Source: Phoronis australis (lineage: Eukaryota; Animalia; Phoronida). From it: DNA of 64,000 nucleotides. Below the pieces are notes generated by a model. It did no database searches, had not been told where the DNA came from, and saw nothing but the letters and a program-made list of their open reading frames with translations. Where the stretch lies: positions 265,019 through 329,018 of the forward strand of contig NMRA01000240.1 in NCBI GenBank assembly GCA_002633005.1, written 5' to 3'. Position numbers and translations under genes: made by a program. Below are positions 51,400 through 62,604 of the stretch, piece after piece (the stretch's first letter is position 1; the number at the start of each line of letters is the position of its first letter).

Positions 51400-51639
51400 G
51401 CACAGAATAAAATAGTTCATGTTCAATCAATGTTTCGTTTATTCATTAGACATCATCAGGGTCATACAAACAAAGGACAGCAAGAGCCAACATACAGCTC
51501 AGGTAACATCCATAAAGTGAAGTGAGAGATACAGGAAATGTAGTCAGTAGCTGCTCATCACCATGGTTGCAAGGTCACTGAGCTCTGCATGTTATTCAGA
51601 GAATCAGTAGCATGCAGCTTATGAATGGCCAATGACTCT
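51400..51639 (-). mobile_element. Penelope-like element, 3' part (end of GIY-YIG ORF and 3' region), split off by Kolobok copy B
   Basis: Removing the Kolobok and one TTAA restores ...TKELLYVK|ESLAIHKLHATDSLNNMQSSVTLQPW*. Confidence 0.82.
51425..51465 (-). ncRNA. Degenerate minimal hammerhead ribozyme motif in the Penelope 3' region
   Basis: Minus strand cCTGATGAtgtctaatgaataaacGAAAcattg has the CUGAUGA and GAAA cores around an imperfect stem II. The stem III/cleavage triplet is unclear. Confidence 0.45.
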
Positions 51640-51888
51640 TTAAAGGCGAAGGCAACCTTTTTCCATGTCATTTTGAGCTAAAATAATGTTGGTTGGTTAT
51701 CCTAGACATATTTTCCACTTAATTACAGCTTTTCGTAATTTTATTAATTACTCGTCCGCTACTGCGGAAGTGACGTTTCCAATTTCTTTTCATATAGTCT
51801 GACTGTGAGAGCTGCCGAGTCAGTCATTGTTCTACCTCGGTTGTGTTAAGTTCCGTCGTCGTTTGCTTTCATTTACTAGTCAGTCAAC

Positions 51889-52700
51889 ATGCCACACTGT
51901 TGCTGCGTGCCGGAATTTACTAGTTATCGGCTCACGCGCGCTGTGGGAGTACCTTTGCATCGCTTCCCGATGGATGACACACTTCGCCGTACTTGGCTCG
52001 TTCGTGTGAAGAACGCAGCGTTACCCGTCCACGCAGCGTACAAAGCAGTGGAGAATTACCGTGTGTGTGGCAAGCACTTTCTGCCCTCCGCTTACGAAAG
52101 GGATTTGTACGCTGAACTGATGAAGGTCCCTGCGAAACAACGCCTGAAGAAGGATGCCATTCCGTCTGTGTTGATTCCCGGCAGTGCCCCGTCGCCACCC
52201 CCGAGAAGTGCGTTTTTGAGGCTAGAAGCTTTGTGAGCTGTGGCCAGTACAGTGACTGGAGCCAGTGGAGGCACTTCATCTACTGTCACCCGTGCCTCCG
52301 AACGTACCCCAGAGCGTGCAATTCCTGGATCCAATAGTGATTCGCCCTGTGCTGTCTTCTCCAACCCAGAGCCTCTAAGCAGCCCTGCAGAGATATTGAG
52401 TAATGGGAGTACGTGATTACAGGCCCAGTTCGACACCCAGTGGAGAGGACAGTTTGTCGTTCAGTGAACAGATCGGTGAGCCAAACTTTGATAAATTTAT
52501 TGTGGACTTGTCTATTTAGAAGGTGCCAGCTGTGTGGCGAGGGAGTCACACGACACGATGTAAGCAGTTTGAGTGCTCAGGTCACCATGAGTGGGAGTGT
52601 GCCGCGGGAGACTCTGGCAACTGAGTGGGACAGTTGCTCCTCTGTCTGTGGTATGCCGGAGGCTCACTTAACCATGTCCAGTAGTTGCTTGGCCTCGTCG
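51889..52700 (+). pseudogene. Truncated Kolobok transposase: THAP domain plus Cys-rich region, no DDE core
   Basis: MPHCCCVPEF...HRFP...W...RVCGKHF...LKKDAIPSV is a THAP domain with its second Cys lost. Later DKFIVD, LFRRCQLCG and WDSCSSVCGMPEAHLTMS follow, with frameshifts. Confidence 0.82.
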
Positions 52701-52976
52701 AACTCTGAACAGCACAAGCATTCCATTGAGGTACGCATAACAACGCACACAGTGCATTTGCACCAAGATGTGTCACCACGTCTGTCCTCAGTAGCCGCCT
52801 CGTTTTTCTCAACAGCTGTCTATGCCTGTGCGTACTCTGCCTCATTACACTCGGGCTCAAACATGTACCCACTCACTGAGTGTCCATGAAAAAAATTCCT
52901 CGTCACCACTGTTGTGAACAAGGTCTCCGTCACTCACACTACTGTCACTGTGATACGGGTCACCGACTCCAGCCAT
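52690..52976 (-). pseudogene. KolX (P2X7 C-terminal-like Cys-rich accessory protein) N-terminal remnant
   Basis: MAGVGD...(frameshift)SGYMFEPE...RRGDTSWCKCTVCVVMRTSMECLCCSE matches the YxFEP / WCxCxxC...ECxCCxE pattern of KolX. Confidence 0.8.
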
Positions 52977-53309
52977 TTTCAGCTTACAATACAAAATCCC
53001 TAAATCCAACGTAGTTGAGTTCTCTACTAACCTATCTTGCCGCAGAATACTCGTCGATGGAAAGTGGTGGCGACAATTTTTGAAAAACAGCACAAAACAA
53101 AAGTAGAATAGAACAGATTCGCACCGTAAAGTCAACGCAAAACCAAGTGGCGGGAAACACTTGCCTCCTAAAACGTCACTTCCGCAGTAGCGGATGAGTA
53201 ATTAATAAAATTACGAAAAGCTGTAATTAAGTGGAAAATATGTCTAGGATAACCAACCAACTTTATTTTAGCTCAAAATGACATGGAAAAAGGTTGCCTT
53301 CGCCTTTAA

Positions 53310-53625
53310 CGTACAGCAATTCCTTAGTAGGTTCTCTGCAGATAATACTAACCGACTTGGCTTTGTGACTGTTGCTAACACAATGCCTATATATGTTGCT
53401 TTTCTCTGAGGTGTGATGTTCTTTCAGCCTGTCACAGAGGCGTCTCTGTGTGAGTCCAATATAGAATTCCTCACAGTTGTCAAATTGAGCCCCATAAACA
53501 ACATTGCTCTTGTTCAGTAAAGTGATGGTTGACTTCAGTTTACACAGCATATTGGGAAGTTTCTGAAGAGGTTTGAAAACGATTATCAGTTCAACGGCTG
53601 GGTCTATGCAATGAATAAAGCGAGA
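53310..53625 (-). mobile_element. Penelope-like element, GIY-YIG coding part (5'-truncated)
   Basis: KSNVVYGAQFDNCEEFYIGLTQRRLCDRLKEH...SNIYRHC. Confidence 0.88.
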
Positions 53626-54698
53626 TACTTGACGTTGATTGAACATGAACTTTTTCATTTGTGGGGCTATCGTCCGGTTTTTAAAGATACAAAATGGTAC
53701 TACAGAGGATTTGGTATGAATATCCAAAAGAAACGTTCTCGGAAAGTTGAGAAATAAAAAGGGCAGCACAGAGAAACGAGAAATTACTTTCCTAAATATA
53801 AGCATGCTTCTTCCATTTGTTCTCCTTGCGGTCTTTACTCGTCTCGTATTCTGCGATGTACTCTTTGAGAATGTTTGCGTTGTCAAATTGGGCCTGTGTT
53901 ATCGATTTCGAGAAGGGTAAGTTTGCATATCCGGATTGAGATCGTGAAAAGGTGACAAGTTTGTAGTAGAGGCAAAAAGTGGCTCTTTACAAAAATGCCT
54001 CGAATTCTTTTTAAGACTTCATAAATCTAATTATGTTTAAACAACTTCAAAATGAGCTCCCTCTCCAGCCCTACAGGCGAAGCGTGTACTACAGGTTCTC
54101 ATCAAGAAGTAACTCAACTGTTTATTTTATCTTGACAACAGCTCGAACAAGGCTTTGAATTCAATTAGTAAACAAGAGCTCCTCCCTGTGCCGATCCATT
54201 CTCTCAATTTTTGTAGAGAAATTGAGTTGAACGCCAGCCTACGAGTTTATGAATAACAAAAATGTACCTCTGCTACGAAACAAAACGATGTCCATTAAGC
54301 CTAAATAAATTAAAAAATAGCAAAAAATGTCCATGAGAACAACAGTTACCGGGAACTACCACTAGACTAGTGCTGAGATCCAGCAGTTGCCGGTGGCCAG
54401 ACAAGTGAAACGCCGGAGTCAAAATCAGATACGCCTACACTACAGCCACCAAACTGAAAAGTGCGTATCTTGGAACTTTTTAATTTTTGTTTAACCTTCG
54501 TGCAATCAAGCAAGTTCAGCTGCACGTGCGGCCGTTCACAAAGCTTGATCCGGCATAGTTTATGCATTTCAACATCACTTTTTGGCTGAGGAGATGCTCA
54601 AAAACGACGGGATATTCTTCTCGAGCTGCATAACGGCTGTCGGAATTACGCAAGTGATATCAACACTGCTTCGTCATTCTTAACGCTAAATTTCTTAA

Positions 54699-55956
54699 AG
54701 GCGAAGGCAACCTTTTTTCTTGTCACTTTTAGAAAAAATAAGGTTCGTTGATTATCTCAGACACATTTTCACTTAATTACAGCTTTTCGTGATTTCATTA
54801 ATTTCTCGTCCTCTACTCCGGAAATGACGCATTGGGAGGCAAGAATTTCGCGCCAATTTCTTTTCATTATAGTCTGACTGTGAGAGCTGTCGAGTCAGTC
54901 GTTGTTCTACCTCCGTTGTAATATGTTCGGTCGTCGTTTGCTTTCATTTACTAGTCAGTCAACATGCCACGCTGTTGCTGCGTGACGGGATGTACTTATT
55001 ATCGTCTCACACGCGCTTTGGGTACCTTGCGTCGCTTCCGAAGGATGACACACTTCGCCGTACTTGGCTAGCTCGTTCATGTGAAAAACGCAGCGCTACC
55101 CGTCCTCGCAACGTACAAACCAGTGGAGGGTTACCGAGTGTGTGGCAAGCATTTTCTGCCGTTAGATTATGACAGAGATATGTACGCTGAATTGTTGAAG
55201 GTACCTGCGAAACAACGCTTGAAGAAGGGTACCATACCATCGCTGTTGATTCCCGGCAGTGTCCCGTCGCCAACCCGAGAGGTGCGTTTTTGAAGCGAGA
55301 AGCCTCGCGAGCTGTAGTCACTATATACAGTGACTGGAGGCGCTTCATCTACTGTCACCCGTGCCTCCGAACGCACCCCATTGCGTGCTATTCCGGAAAC
55401 TAGCAGTGATTCGCCCTGTGCTGTTGTCTCTAGCCCAGAGCCTGTAAGCAGTCCTGCAGCGATGTTGAGTAGTGGGAGTGAGTACAGGCCCAGTTCGACA
55501 CCAGTGAAGAGGACAGTTCGTCATCCAATGAACAGATCGGTGAGCCTAAGTTTGATAAGTTTATTTTGGACTTGTATTGGAGCTATTTGGAAGGTGCCAG
55601 GTGTGTGGCGAGGGAGGCACACGGCGGGATGTAGGCAGTTTGGGTGCTCAGATCACCCTTCAGGACACTCAGGCAAGTGGGACAGTTCTTCGTGTGTACG
55701 TGATACGATAATGAGTACACCCCAGTACGCAGCAACAGCAAGGCATGTTGACTGACTCGTAAGCAAAAGCAAATGGCGACCGAACGTATCACAACCGAGG
55801 TAGAACAATGAATGACTCGACTGCTCTCACTTCCGGAGTAGACGACGAGTAAGTAATTAAATTACGAAAAGCAGTACATAAGTGAAAAATATGTCTGGGA
55901 TAATCAACGAACCTTATTTTTGCTAGAAATGACATGAAAAAAGGTTGCCTTCGCCT
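54699..55956 (+). mobile_element. Kolobok non-autonomous copy C (1258 bp, TTAA TSD) with two left ends
   Basis: TTAA|AGGCGAAGGCAACC ... GGTTGCCTTCGCCT|TTAA with a frameshifted THAP on +. Region 55692-55956 is an inverted left end including a THAP start (ATG at 55746, minus strand). Confidence 0.88.
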
Positions 55957-56157
55957 TTAAGCTAAAGACTAAAATATGTTTTACACGACAACGTGTTGTT
56001 TGTCGGGTAAAATGGCGCTGGTTTGTGCAACATCAGACTTTCGCGCATTCTGTGTAGTCTCTTTATAATCTTTACACTAGCCTATGCGGATCATGCATGC
56101 ACAGCGGTAGTGACAGTAATACTGAATGTAGTTGATTCATATCTATAACCTCTGCAG

Positions 56158-56298
56158 ATAAATCAAAAGTCCCCTGCAACCCAAGTTACAAAGGAAACAA
56201 ATGCGAACACTCAGATCAGATTTGCGACATTGCAAAGGGATTTAATTGTGTTTGTCGGGACAGTGAAAGCCATCTCATGCAATCTGGCGTTTGCAAAG
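56158..56298 (+). CDS. Internal exon (phase 1-1, 141 nt) encoding a 6-Cys EGF/EB-like module
   Basis: Bounded by ctctgcAG and GTAAGA. Reads KSKVPCNPSYKGNKCEHSDQICDIAKGFNCVCRDSESHLMQSGVCK with no stop. Confidence 0.75.
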
Positions 56299-57286
56299 GT
56301 AAGACTTGACGCCTCCCCATTTGACGCCGGTGGTTCCCAGACTTTCACCGTTGTTACCTTAGTTCGGGTACTATACCGGGGTCGTGTTTTTATGAAATCA
56401 GCGGGCCAAATATCTGTATTCCACCTAAACACCTGTCTACACTCTGGAGTTGGTGAATTTGATTGACAAACTCTGGTTAGCACACTTTGATTTTGAGATG
56501 AACGGTTTAAAAGTGGCATAAAACTGGAAAACAGGCTGCACCGCTTTATTCAAAGTGATTCCCTACAAATCATTGAGTATTTCTGTATTTTTTGTAGGAA
56601 TTTTTAATTTCTGTCCAATAGTTTTTCCTTAATATCAAATGTCAAGAAATGTTGTGCCAAATGCTTGTCACTTCGTCAATTATTCTCCCAAACAGCAATG
56701 CATGTCTCTTTATTCGGCATGGCAAGACCCAGAAGTAGAAATTATTCCTCATACGCAAATGTGTTCTTTGAATTTTGATTGTAAACTAAACAATGGTAAT
56801 TTCAGGCATGCAGCCACCTAGACTTTGATTGCATGCGCGCCTATATGTTATTGGGACGTAGAATTTGAAAACTGTGGGCATGAAAGTTTTTACCTCGTCG
56901 GTGTTTCCACAATAGTGAATTTGAACATTTTTTCTAGAAATTCTTGTGATTTTTGAAGTGAATAATTCTTACGTTGACATTCTTTAGATGTAGGTTCACA
57001 AAAAGCCGATTAAAAGTTAAAAGATTTCACGTTCTAGACCTGTTCAACGTTGATTGCATTTATTAATCTTTTGGTGAGCGACAGAGGTTATGTTTCTCCT
57101 CAAACCTGCTCAACATTCCCGAAAGTTTGGGATCTGCATAAGCATACAACGTCAAAAATACAAGTGCTGTGTGTACTTTCGCATCGCTTTTTGCAATGAA
57201 ATCTATGCACGAATATGTCACTGAGACGCAAAACGTAACTAAACCTATGATGGGCTTAAAGTGTAAAATCTCGTCTCGTTCAATAG

Positions 57287-57409
57287 CTAAGACAAGCATT
57301 GCCTGCTCACAAGGTGGTACGAAATGCAAGCCAAAATCTGTGTGTGAGCCAAGAAAGAAAAAATGTCAATGTGTTGGAGGATACCAGCTGGTTGACACCG
57401 AGTGTAAAC
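57287..57409 (+). CDS. Internal exon (phase 1-1, 123 nt) encoding a second EGF/EB-like module
   Basis: Bounded by ttcaatAG and GTACGT. Reads KTSIACSQGGTKCKPKSVCEPRKKKCQCVGGYQLVDTECK and splices in frame to the previous exon. Confidence 0.75.
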
Positions 57410-59650
57410 GTACGTATGATGAGTTTGTATTAACGAAATGACGAATGTGGTAGTAGTACTTAAAGTGAAGCATTGCGTGTGCTCTTAAAGACGCCTGTAA
57501 ATCTGCAAAATTTTAATTTAAACTACCACTAGTTCCTTGCTCAGATGTCAAAGGAAATATGGGTTGTGCATTGTTTTGTAACAGTAAGAGGCCTAAATAA
57601 AGGTCGCTATTGTGATGGAAGGCAGGTTAAAACCACTAAACCGTAACGTTGTGTAGATGTTTTTGACAAGTCGGTGTGTTAAACAAATATCTACAAAAGT
57701 ATGGATTTTACATTAAGTGAAATTACAAATACGGTAAAACTAGATGTTGAAATTAATACCTATCAAGTGAATCAAGTCACAAAACCGTGTGCTTTTACTA
57801 AAGTTTAGTGAAAACAAGGATGCATTCAAAGCAGAACAAGGGTATCGATATGATGAATGAATTTCATTTCATACAAGTGCACTAAGATGAAATTTAAAAA
57901 ACATTGTTAAACAGTTTTTCTAAACTATCGTTTCGTTTTTGTCTGATTCAAGTTGTGTTTGTTTCGTAGCTATCATAAAAGTTCTATTTTTGGCAGTCTC
58001 ATGCCGAAGTGAGACACTTTGGAGACAATTCCTGAAGCTTTTTAGAAAACGATACCATAGTACTCATATGGATCAGATCGGCCATCTCTGAGATATGATT
58101 TTACGAAGTTATCGTTTTGAACCGTTCCTGCAATGGATTTTTACCCATTTTGAGGTTTTAGACATTGCATGCTAATTTTATAACATCATCCCAATAAAGA
58201 CATACTCATTTTGAGGAGCATTTCAGGAATTTTGAATTAAGAATATAGTTGTTTTTGTTTACCGCCACCTGATGTCATCAGTGGACGACATTGATCAGTT
58301 GACAGAATACATGTGCATGTATGTGATGGCGGATAATGGTGATTTTGTAAGTTACAAAGACTGAGGAAGCGAGCCTGGCGTGTATAATGGAGTCAGGTAA
58401 TCAGATGGGGCTGAAGGCAACACTCAGACCATAAGTGAAACAGATAGAGAGTTAGACCTCGCCCTGTCGGCAGATTTTGCGTGTTTGAGGCTGCACGAAC
58501 TCGACTCTCGTGTACAGACGTCTTGGGCGGGTGAAGCCGAGTCGGAGTGTACTATCTGGGGACAGTCATGATTTCAGAGTTGACATTTCTTTGGGGAAAT
58601 TGAAGCTTTCATAGGATCACGATTCAATTTTCTAAAATCTTTTGAAAGCAGCCATATTGATTTTGATTTCTTCAAATTCCAAGGCGTTTGTCAGAAGCGA
58701 TCATAGCTAAGTTTTGTGATGCTAACTGGATTTCATTCCAGGCAAATGATATTAGATTACGTTTTGTCAGTTCCGAAACAATATAATGTTTGAATCGTTG
58801 TGATTCGTTGATTGTTTCGGTCCAGTGCCCGGCATCTCCAGCCTTTGATCATTGGCAAATTTCCCGCAAAATTTTTAAAACGAACACACTGATAAAACAC
58901 TTTATGAGGTTATTATGCAATCAAATTCAGTATCTCAGCCACAATTTGATGTTGAATCTGATACCCAATATGCACCTGACGATCTCGTTCCCAGAAGTGG
59001 TATAAAACAATACACTATACTCTCCAACAAATGCACTTAGACGTACATGTTGGAGAAACCTCCAATTCAGTTTTTGCGATAGTATAAAGCAAGATTCGTC
59101 GAAATGGTCCGAGTACAGCGTACTCATGGGCGGCTCAGCACTGAAAAAAGTGGCGCTATAGCCCTCAGCCCCCATGTGGTGCACCTTCCATAGACATTGG
59201 GCGCCGGAGCACTGAAAAAGTGAGGGGCTATAGCCTCTCAGACCCCTGTGGTACTGGCCCTGAACTCCAACGTTTACTGCCATACCCATGTCAGGCGCAC
59301 GAGTGTTCCGTTTTTAGGCGATCTTAATGTCTTATAGAAATAAAAACTAAAATATTGTCTGTGCAGTAGCTTTAACTGCATCCTCTTCACACGTATCTTT
59401 TCGTAATACTCATGTAAGGCAATGTTCAATTATTTTCGAGACCACTCTGGCTCACGATTGGTGTAAAACAAGACAGTGGAAGACACTAAATTTTCACTGA
59501 TGACGTCACACAAATTTTTTTTAGTTTATTTCTTGATTAAAAGTATACATCTTGAAGAAGAAGCACTTAAAGTATATAACACCTTATTATTTAAAATGAC
59601 ATTCTTATTAAAATGACATAGGCAAAAAATTTCAATTTCGGACCTCAAAA

Positions 59651-59906
59651 GCGAGGCCCTGCAATATTAATATAGGTGGCCTCGCTGAAAGGAGGCCAGA
59701 GAGCGGGGCAATCTATATTAATATGGAGGGCCCCGCCGAAAGGAGGCTGGAGAGCGGGGCCCCTTTATTAATATAGGTGGCCCGCCGAACGGAGGCCGGA
59801 GAGCGGGGCCTTCTATATTGATATAGGGGCCCCACCGAAAGGTGGCCAGAGAGCGGGGCCTTCTATATTAATATCGGGGGCCCCGCCGAAAGGCTGCCGG
59901 AGAGCG
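59651..59906. repeat. 50-bp tandem repeat, 5 copies, each an AT palindrome plus a GC hairpin
   Basis: Consensus about CTATATTAATATAGGGGGCCCCGCCGAAAGGAGGCCGGAGAGCGGGGCCTT. Degenerate relatives lie at about 61320-61430. Confidence 0.9.
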
Positions 59907-59911
59907 AAAAA

Positions 59912-60935
59912 ATTTGAAGCAATTGGGCATCACAAACAGCATGCTTCTTGTGACATCTATTTGTATCATAAAAATGGCCACCAGATGGCGCAAAAATGTC
60001 AACTCCATCCGAAAACAGAAACATCGTTTTTTTAATAGAAAGTATTTACCAATTTCCATAGAAACTATAGAGAAACAAAGGAAGACCGGAAAAAGTGGAA
60101 TGGCCACTAGGGGGCAATGCATCTGAAAGTTGTCAATATCTGTTCTCAACATGATATGAATACACTTGCGAAATTTAATTAAGATCCTGCAGTAGGCTTA
60201 GGACATACAGCTATAGGCGCAAAAAAGCTAGGAGGCGCCACAGTAGTTAGTCGTCATCGTCAGCCATACTCTTCAAACTGAGAACGGATATATCAATTTT
60301 CACAATAATCCATATAATGGTTTAGTTGTTAGAGGAGCAGATGCCAAAAAACCGATTGGAAAAACATAAATGGCCACTAGGTGGCGCAAAATGCCTCAAA
60401 TAATTCGGAAAATAGGGAGATAGCATCATGTCACCAATAAACTGCCACTAGGAGGTGCCACAGTAGCCAGATTAATCAGAAAATCATCGTCAAGCTTTCT
60501 CTTCATAGTAAGAAAATACATGCATGCCAATTTTTACAATCATCTTTAAGAGCGGTTTGGTTGATAGAGAGGCGGATGCCAAAAAACAGTGAAAATGGTT
60601 ATTAGGTGGCGCAAAATACCTTCACTCCTTCCGAAAACAGGAATATAGCATCATCCTACTAACAGGTGCCTATATGCCAAGTTTCACAAAAATCTGCAGA
60701 CTACCTTGAAAGATACAGAGGTAAATGTAAAAAAATAATTGCCACTAGGGGGCACAATGATAGTCAGATCCGTCCGAAATTCGTCCTCTTCTGTTGTCAT
60801 CTTCATATGAACCCATCTGTCAAATTTGGTGAAGATACTTTGAGGGGTTCAGGAGATACAGCTGCGGACGCTGGACGCCCAGACAGAGATGAAGGCAATT
60901 TGCACCCACATATAGGTATGTGGGCGCATAGAAAT
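59912..60935. mobile_element. Helentron/DINE-like non-autonomous element with internal ~220-bp repeats
   Basis: Terminal hairpin TGCACCCACATA..TATGTGGGCGCA (60901-60928) is followed by an A-rich end and preceded by cggac/cagac motifs. Internal repeats start near 60228 and 60448. Confidence 0.55.
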
Positions 60936-61774
60936 GCGACCTCTGTGAGCATTTGAATTTGACTTCGAAAACAAAACAGCCAACATGTCCGCCATCTTGA
61001 ATCTGATCATAATGAACGACCATAGGCTTCTAGCACTTCGGGGGACTAGAAATTGTGGGTGAATCTTGTGCCAATTGGGGCAAATAGTGCAACCTGTATG
61101 TAGAGTGCAGACAAAAAAACTTGATGAAGTTTCAGGTGATGGCAGATACAATGATTCGCCATGTAATTAGGTAAATTAACCTAATCAAACAATGGGAGGG
61201 GTTGTCAATGGCTGCTTTTAAATTAATGGACAGCTATATAGTTACGACTTTCTGTCCACCCGGCAAATCCAAGTTGCTTTCTTGGTCTCATTTCATAGAC
61301 ACCGTATTAGCCCTAGTAAGCGCTGGAAGGCAGCTGGAGACCGGGCTTGCTACATTAATATGAATTACCTCGCCCAACGAGCGAGGCCGTCAATTTTAAT
61401 ATAGGCAGCCCACTTGAAGGGGCCACAGAGTCTGAGCAAAGTGCCACACAAGGAGACAAAACATGTATTATATTTTGCAAAAAAATCACTTATCGATCAG
61501 CTTGTTGATAGTTGTCTCATTGTTGTACAAAATGTCTTGTTTGAAACACAAATGATTGTTGTCCAGTGATACACCCCATGACTTGACCTTTCACAATTTT
61601 GAGCATTCCCCTTTCCTTTAACATTTTTTTCTTACTAGAAAGAACAATGGATGCATTTTATTTATTGTGCCAATTTCATACTTACATGTAAGCCAATATT
61701 TTGTTTGGTTTCATAATATTGCGGGTGTCAATAAATGTCGATTAAGCAATGATTCATTAAGTTTTGACATGTGA

Positions 61775-62604
61775 TCTATCTATTATATAAAATGCATCGT
61801 TTGCACAAACTCCGTTTGCCCCGCTCCACTACAGACCTTCGTTGCGCCAGTTTCGGTACCGTGTTGGTGTCAGGTATTGCACCGGCTAACTATTTGGATT
61901 TGAGGTGTTCTTTTATTTCTTGCGGGCCATTTTTTCGCGGACGCAGAGGGAGGGTGGCCAGTTTCGTACTAGCCTTGGTGACTTCAGTTGGTCGGCTCAA
62001 AGTCCTGGGTGATGTCACTTCGTCGGCTTACTTTCACTCCCCCCATGCTTCTGTCGTGTCGAGCCTGTCGCCGCCAAAATTAATGATGCCTCATTAAAAT
62101 TTTTTTACTCTTCTTTGAGTAAACTAAATTATTTACCGGAGTGTTGGAAAATTGGCGTTCTTCAGTCATTCTGCTGTTAAAATTGCGATGCGCTCTTTGG
62201 GTGCAGTTGCGTCGCCTATCGGGCCAATTTCCATGTTCTTCAGTCAACTGTGTAGGTTGCATAGATGTCATAACAATCGGAAGTGTTTTCATTTCATTAC
62301 AAGTTTTTACTATATCAATACCAAAAAAACAATTTCAGAAAATACTCTCGAGAGATATCGCAAAGTTTTTGGAAATGGCGCGTACATGCGCGTGTCACCA
62401 GATTGCACCGTTTTCAAAATTATGGCAGGATTTTCCTTTGTTACAAAAGGCGGAGAATTATGAAAAATAACGTTTAATAGATTTCGTCTACTTCCATGAA
62501 CGGCTGTAACAGGCACTGTGAATGTCGATTCATTCCCCGATTCTGCATGCACCCCTGCAGGTTGTTAGCTCTAAGTTTCACGACGAGGCTGCTACCCGGC
62601 TAGT
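61775..62604 (+). mobile_element. Possible non-autonomous Helitron
   Basis: A|TCTATCTATTATATAAAA 5' motif and a candidate CTAG|T end at 62601-62605. The subterminal hairpin is not convincing. Confidence 0.3.

Larger units (their letters stand above)
51644..53305 (+). mobile_element. Kolobok non-autonomous copy B (1662 bp, TTAA TSD, long TIRs)
   Basis: TTAA at 51640-51643 and 53306-53309, with ~135-bp near-identical TIRs. Contains a THAP-transposase N-terminus on + and a KolX N-terminus on -. Confidence 0.92.

Noticed and set aside
53626-53886. N-terminal half of the 207-aa ORF 53263-53886
   Set aside because: Chance open frame upstream of the truncated Penelope. The last residues of that ORF come from the Kolobok TIR.
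59651-59906. CRISPR-like array
   Set aside because: Whole 50-bp units repeat with no unique spacers, there are no cas genes, and the context is eukaryotic.
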